A stretch of 20,000 nucleotides of DNA from an uncultured virus (IMG/VR IMGVR_UViG_3300011008_000092). Its lineage: Duplodnaviria > Heunggongvirae > Uroviricota > Caudoviricetes. A program made the position numbers and the translations under genes. Location: the IMG/VR virus record IMGVR_UViG_3300011008_000092; one strand, 5' to 3'. Shown here piece by piece: positions 16,552-20,000 of the stretch (within the stretch, counting starts at the first letter, position 1; each line of letters begins with the position of its first letter). The notes beneath the pieces were generated by a model. The model saw nothing but the letters and a program-made list of their open reading frames with translations, was not told the DNA's origin and did no database searches.

Positions 16552-19371
16552 ATGAGTGAATACATCGAGATAAAAGGAGCCAGGGTGAACAACCTGAAGA
16601 ACGTGGATGTGAAGATTCCACGCAACAAACTGATTGTAGTGGCAGGTGTGAGTGGTAGCGGCAAGTCGTCGCTGGCATTTGATACGCTTTATGCCGAGGG
16701 GCAGCGCCGTTACGTGGAGAGTCTGTCGAGCTATGCCCGCCAGTTTCTGGGGCGTATGAACAAGCCTGAGTGCGACTTTATCAAGGGTATTCCGCCTGCT
16801 ATCGCCATCGAGCAGCGGGTCATCTCGCGCAATCCCCGATCGACCGTAGGTACTACCACAGAAATCTACGAATACCTGCGACTGCTCTTTGCCCGCATCG
16901 GACGTACGTATTCGCCTATCAGCGGACAGGAGGTGAAGAAGCACTCGACGGAGGATATCGTGAAGTGTACGCAACAGTATGCCAAGGGCACTAAATTCGT
17001 AGTGATGGCACCCATCACCCTTCCTGAAGGGCGCACACTGGAACAGCAGCTCAAGATGTACGTTCAGAATGGCTATGCGCGTATCTTCGTGAATAGTGAT
17101 TTCCAACGTATCGATGATTTTCTGAGTAATCAGAGTAATCAGAATACTCCGAGTAATCCGAATAATTACTACCTCGTTATCGACCGCCTGTCGGTTGACG
17201 ATGCAAAGGATGTTGTATCACGACTGATAGATTCAACCGAAACGGCTTTCTATGAAGGCAATGGTGAGTGCCGGCTGATGTTCCTGCCCTCCATGATCAG
17301 TTATGATTTCTCGATGCACTTTGAGGCCGACGGCATGAAGTTTGAGGAGCCCACCGACAATCTGTTCTCGTTTAATTCGCCCGTAGGCGCTTGTCCTGAG
17401 TGTCAGGGCTTTGGCAAGATTATCGGTATTGACGAACAGCTGGTGATTCCCAATACGACGCTATCAGTGTACGACGGCTGCGTAGTCTGCTGGCATGGTG
17501 AGAAAATGGGTATGTGGAAGGATGAGTTCTGCAGAAGGGCTGCAAAGGATGATTTCCCTATCTTCGAACCCTATTACAACCTAACGCAGAAGCAGAAGGA
17601 TATGCTCTGGCATGGACTACCGTCAGAGCGCAACAAGGATATTCACGATCAGGTAAGTATTGACGCTTTTTTCCAAATGGTAAAGGAGAGCCAGTACAAG
17701 ATTCAATACCGCGTCATGCTGAGTCGCTATCGGGGTAAGACCACGTGTCCCAAATGTCACGGTACCCGACTGAAGCCTGAGGCAGACTACGTAAAGATTG
17801 GCGGAAGAAGCATTACCGACCTGGTGCAGATGCCTATCATCAGGCTGAAGCAATGGTTCGACCAGTTGGAACTCTCAGAACAGGAACAGAAGATTGGAAA
17901 ACGACTGCTGACGGAAATCAATTCGCGTCTGCAATTCCTGTTGGACGTAGGTTTGGGGTATCTGACTCTGAACCGCATGTCGAACTCGCTGAGTGGTGGT
18001 GAGAGCCAACGCATCAACCTGACTACCTCGCTGGGGTCGTCGCTCGTAGGTTCCTTATATATATTGGACGAACCAAGCATCGGACTGCATAGTCGCGATA
18101 CCAACAGGCTGATCAAGGTTCTCAAAGAGTTGCAGGCGTTGGGCAATACGGTGGTAGTGGTGGAACACGACGAGGAAATGATGCGGGCTGCCGACTATCT
18201 TATCGACGTAGGACCAGATGCGGGCCGACTGGGTGGCGAAATCGTGTTTGAAGGTAATGCAGAGGACATCAACAAGCAGTCGCTCAAGAAATATCCCAAG
18301 AGCTATACCGTAAAATACCTGTTACACCAAGAGGAAATACCCGTACCCAAGAGCCGTCGCCCCTGGAACCGGCAGATTAAGATCATGGGCGCACGCATGA
18401 ACAATCTGCGCGGCATTGATGTTTCCATACCGCTGAACGTCATGACGGTGGTAACGGGTGTCAGCGGTAGCGGTAAGTCCAGTTTGATTAAGGGCATCCT
18501 CTACCCTGCCCTCAAGCGACTGCTGGGAGATGTTTGCGACAATCCCGGCGAATTCAGAGGATTAGAGGGCGATTACAAAGCCGTTAAGCATGTGGAATTC
18601 GTAGATCAGAATCCTATCGGTAAATCTACCCGTTCAAATCCTGCCACCTACGTCAAGGCATATGACGCCATCCGTGATCTCTTTGCTGAACAGCCTTTGT
18701 CAAAACAACTGGGATTCACGGCGCAGTATTTTTCGTTCAATGCTGACGGTGGCAGATGCGACGAATGTAAAGGTGCTGGCGTTATTACGGTCGAAATGCA
18801 GTTCATGGCCGATCTCGTATTACAATGTGAAGCCTGTCATGGAAAGCGCTTCAAACACGACATCCTGGATGTGCGCTACGAGGGCAAGAACATCGACGAT
18901 GTACTGAACATGACGATATCGGAGGCTATTCAGTTCTTTGGTACATACAATCAGAAAACGATTGTGAACCGCCTGAAGCCCCTTGAGGATGTAGGACTGG
19001 GATATATCAAACTCGGACAGAACTCATCGACCCTCTCAGGCGGTGAGAACCAACGCGTGAAACTGGCATACTTCATCGGCCAAGAGCGACAGGAGCCTTC
19101 ACTCTTCATTTTCGATGAACCAACCACCGGTCTGCATTTCCACGATATCCAGCGCCTGCTTCATGCTTTCGACGCACTCATCAGCAGAGGCCACACCATC
19201 CTTATCATTGAGCACAACATGGAAATCATCAAATGCGCCGACCATGTGATTGACTTAGGACCCGACGGAGGCGACAAAGGCGGCAATCTGGTAGCCTGCG
19301 GAACACCCGAGGAAGTGGCTGACTGCAAAGAAAGTATCACAGGAAAATTCCTGAAAGAAAAACTTTGTTAG
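16552..19371 (+). CDS. uvrA: Excinuclease ABC subunit A (UvrA family; Bacteroidota often carry two paralogues)
   Basis: Two ABC domains (GVSGSGKSS x2, LSGGE x2, DEP x2), [26 protein letters not shown], CxxC zinc-finger pairs. Confidence 0.98.
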   Translation: MSEYIEIKGARVNNLKNVDVKIPRNKLIVVAGVSGSGKSSLAFDTLYAEGQRRYVESLSSYARQFLGRMNKPECDFIKGIPPAIAIEQRVISRNPRSTVGTTTEIYEYLRLLFARIGRTYSPISGQEVKKHSTEDIVKCTQQYAKGTKFVVMAPITLPEGRTLEQQLKMYVQNGYARIFVNSDFQRIDDFLSNQSNQNTPSNPNNYYLVIDRLSVDDAKDVVSRLIDSTETAFYEGNGECRLMFLPSMISYDFSMHFEADGMKFEEPTDNLFSFNSPVGACPECQGFGKIIGIDEQLVIPNTTLSVYDGCVVCWHGEKMGMWKDEFCRRAAKDDFPIFEPYYNLTQKQKDMLWHGLPSERNKDIHDQVSIDAFFQMVKESQYKIQYRVMLSRYRGKTTCPKCHGTRLKPEADYVKIGGRSITDLVQMPIIRLKQWFDQLELSEQEQKIGKRLLTEINSRLQFLLDVGLGYLTLNRMSNSLSGGESQRINLTTSLGSSLVGSLYILDEPSIGLHSRDTNRLIKVLKELQALGNTVVVVEHDEEMMRAADYLIDVGPDAGRLGGEIVFEGNAEDINKQSLKKYPKSYTVKYLLHQEEIPVPKSRRPWNRQIKIMGARMNNLRGIDVSIPLNVMTVVTGVSGSGKSSLIKGILYPALKRLLGDVCDNPGEFRGLEGDYKAVKHVEFVDQNPIGKSTRSNPATYVKAYDAIRDLFAEQPLSKQLGFTAQYFSFNADGGRCDECKGAGVITVEMQFMADLVLQCEACHGKRFKHDILDVRYEGKNIDDVLNMTISEAIQFFGTYNQKTIVNRLKPLEDVGLGYIKLGQNSSTLSGGENQRVKLAYFIGQERQEPSLFIFDEPTTGLHFHDIQRLLHAFDALISRGHTILIIEHNMEIIKCADHVIDLGPDGGDKGGNLVACGTPEEVADCKESITGKFLKEKLC
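17124..17168 (+). repeat. In-frame degenerate 9-bp tandem repeat (5 units) inside uvrA
   Basis: gagtaatca gagtaatca gaatactcc gagtaatcc gaataatta, encoding [15 protein letters not shown]. Confidence 0.8.
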
Positions 19372-19379
19372 GTAAAAAT

Positions 19380-19410
19380 TTTGCCAAACCGAAATTTTAT
19401 ATTACCTTTG
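19380..19410 (+). promoter_or_regulatory. Promoter of tRNA-Thr/tRNA-Gly
   Basis: TTTG (19380-19383)-N19-TACCTTTG (19403-19410). Confidence 0.75.
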
Positions 19411-19445
19411 CAGTCGCAAAAAAGCAATGCGGTCTTTTGAATGTT

Positions 19446-19518
<73 letters not shown>

Positions 19519-19561
19519 CTTTCGAGCAAATGGGAGTCAGCACGGTCTGACTCTTTTTCTT

Positions 19562-19634
19562 GCGGTAGTGGCTCAGTTGGTAGAGCATTGGCTTCCCAAG
19601 CCGAGGGTCGCGGGTTCGAGTCCCGTCTACCGCT
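19562..19634 (+). tRNA. tRNA-Gly(CCC)
   Basis: Acceptor GCGGTAG/CTACCGC, anticodon arm TTGGC-TT-CCC-AA-GCCGA, T loop GTTCGAG. Confidence 0.97.
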
Positions 19635-19677
19635 CTTCTACTAAATAGCAGAAGAAAAGAAAAAAAGTGCCCAAAAA

Positions 19678-19709
19678 TTTGCAAGAGTGAAATAAAAGCA
19701 TTACCTTTG
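19678..19709 (+). promoter_or_regulatory. Promoter of tRNA-Ser/tRNA-Glu
   Basis: TTTG (19678-19681)-N20-TACCTTTG (19702-19709). Confidence 0.75.
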
Positions 19710-19760
19710 CACCGCGTTTGAGAGAAAACGCTTAGGTTTTGACAAGAACAACCGGTAAAA

Positions 19761-19847
19761 GGAAGTTTGGGTGAGTGGCTGAAACCAGCAGTTTGCTAAA
19801 CTGCCGTGCGGGTTACCGTACCGGGGGTTCGAATCCCCCAGCTTCCG
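19761..19847 (+). tRNA. tRNA-Ser(GCT)
   Basis: Acceptor GGAAGTT/AGCTTCC, anticodon arm GCAGT-TT-GCT-AA-ACTGC, long variable arm, GTTCGAA. Confidence 0.97.
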
Positions 19848-19901
19848 CTGGGTCAAAAAACTTGGAAAAGAAATTAATGGTCGATTGACACGACAACAAA
19901 T

Positions 19902-19973
19902 GGTCGATTCATCTAATGGTTAGGATACAAGATTCTCAATCTTGGCATAGGGGTTCGATTCCCCTATCGACTA
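19902..19973 (+). tRNA. tRNA-Glu(CTC)
   Basis: Acceptor GGTCGAT/ATCGACT, anticodon arm CAAGA-TT-CTC-AA-TCTTG, T arm AGGGG-TTCGATT-CCCCT. Confidence 0.94.
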
Positions 19974-20000
19974 CGAAGAAACATTCGAAATCCTCTGTAA

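Noticed and set aside
19902..19973. Possible suppressor or recoding tRNA
   Set aside because: Anticodon reads CTC (Glu), not CTA; the element's genes read normally in the standard code.

Overview
Bacteroidota chromosome segment, most likely Prevotellaceae (TTTG-N19/20-TAnnTTTG promoters, SD-less A-rich start regions). The right part (12130-20000) is ordinary host DNA: ppdK, uxaB, a uvrA paralogue and four tRNAs (Thr-CGT, Gly-CCC, Ser-GCT, Glu-CTC). The left part (1-~12129) is the end of a prophage-like element that begins right after the ppdK stop codon. It carries helically phased 11-bp repeats, a tyrosine integrase with an extra C-terminal domain, a small terminase-like basic protein and a three-gene ejection-type operon (167 aa, 441 aa, >2700 aa). 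The giant minus-strand gene (8105 to <1) is missing from the ORF track because it runs off the window. It encodes a large polyvalent protein with successive pol-beta nucleotidyltransferase, inorganic pyrophosphatase, HExxH metallopeptidase and phosphoribosyltransferase domains. The most unusual signal is an 82-aa same-strand +1-frame ORF (2549-2797) nested in a disordered linker of the giant gene, just upstream of the enzyme domains, with its own A/T-rich start region and the element's codon preference.
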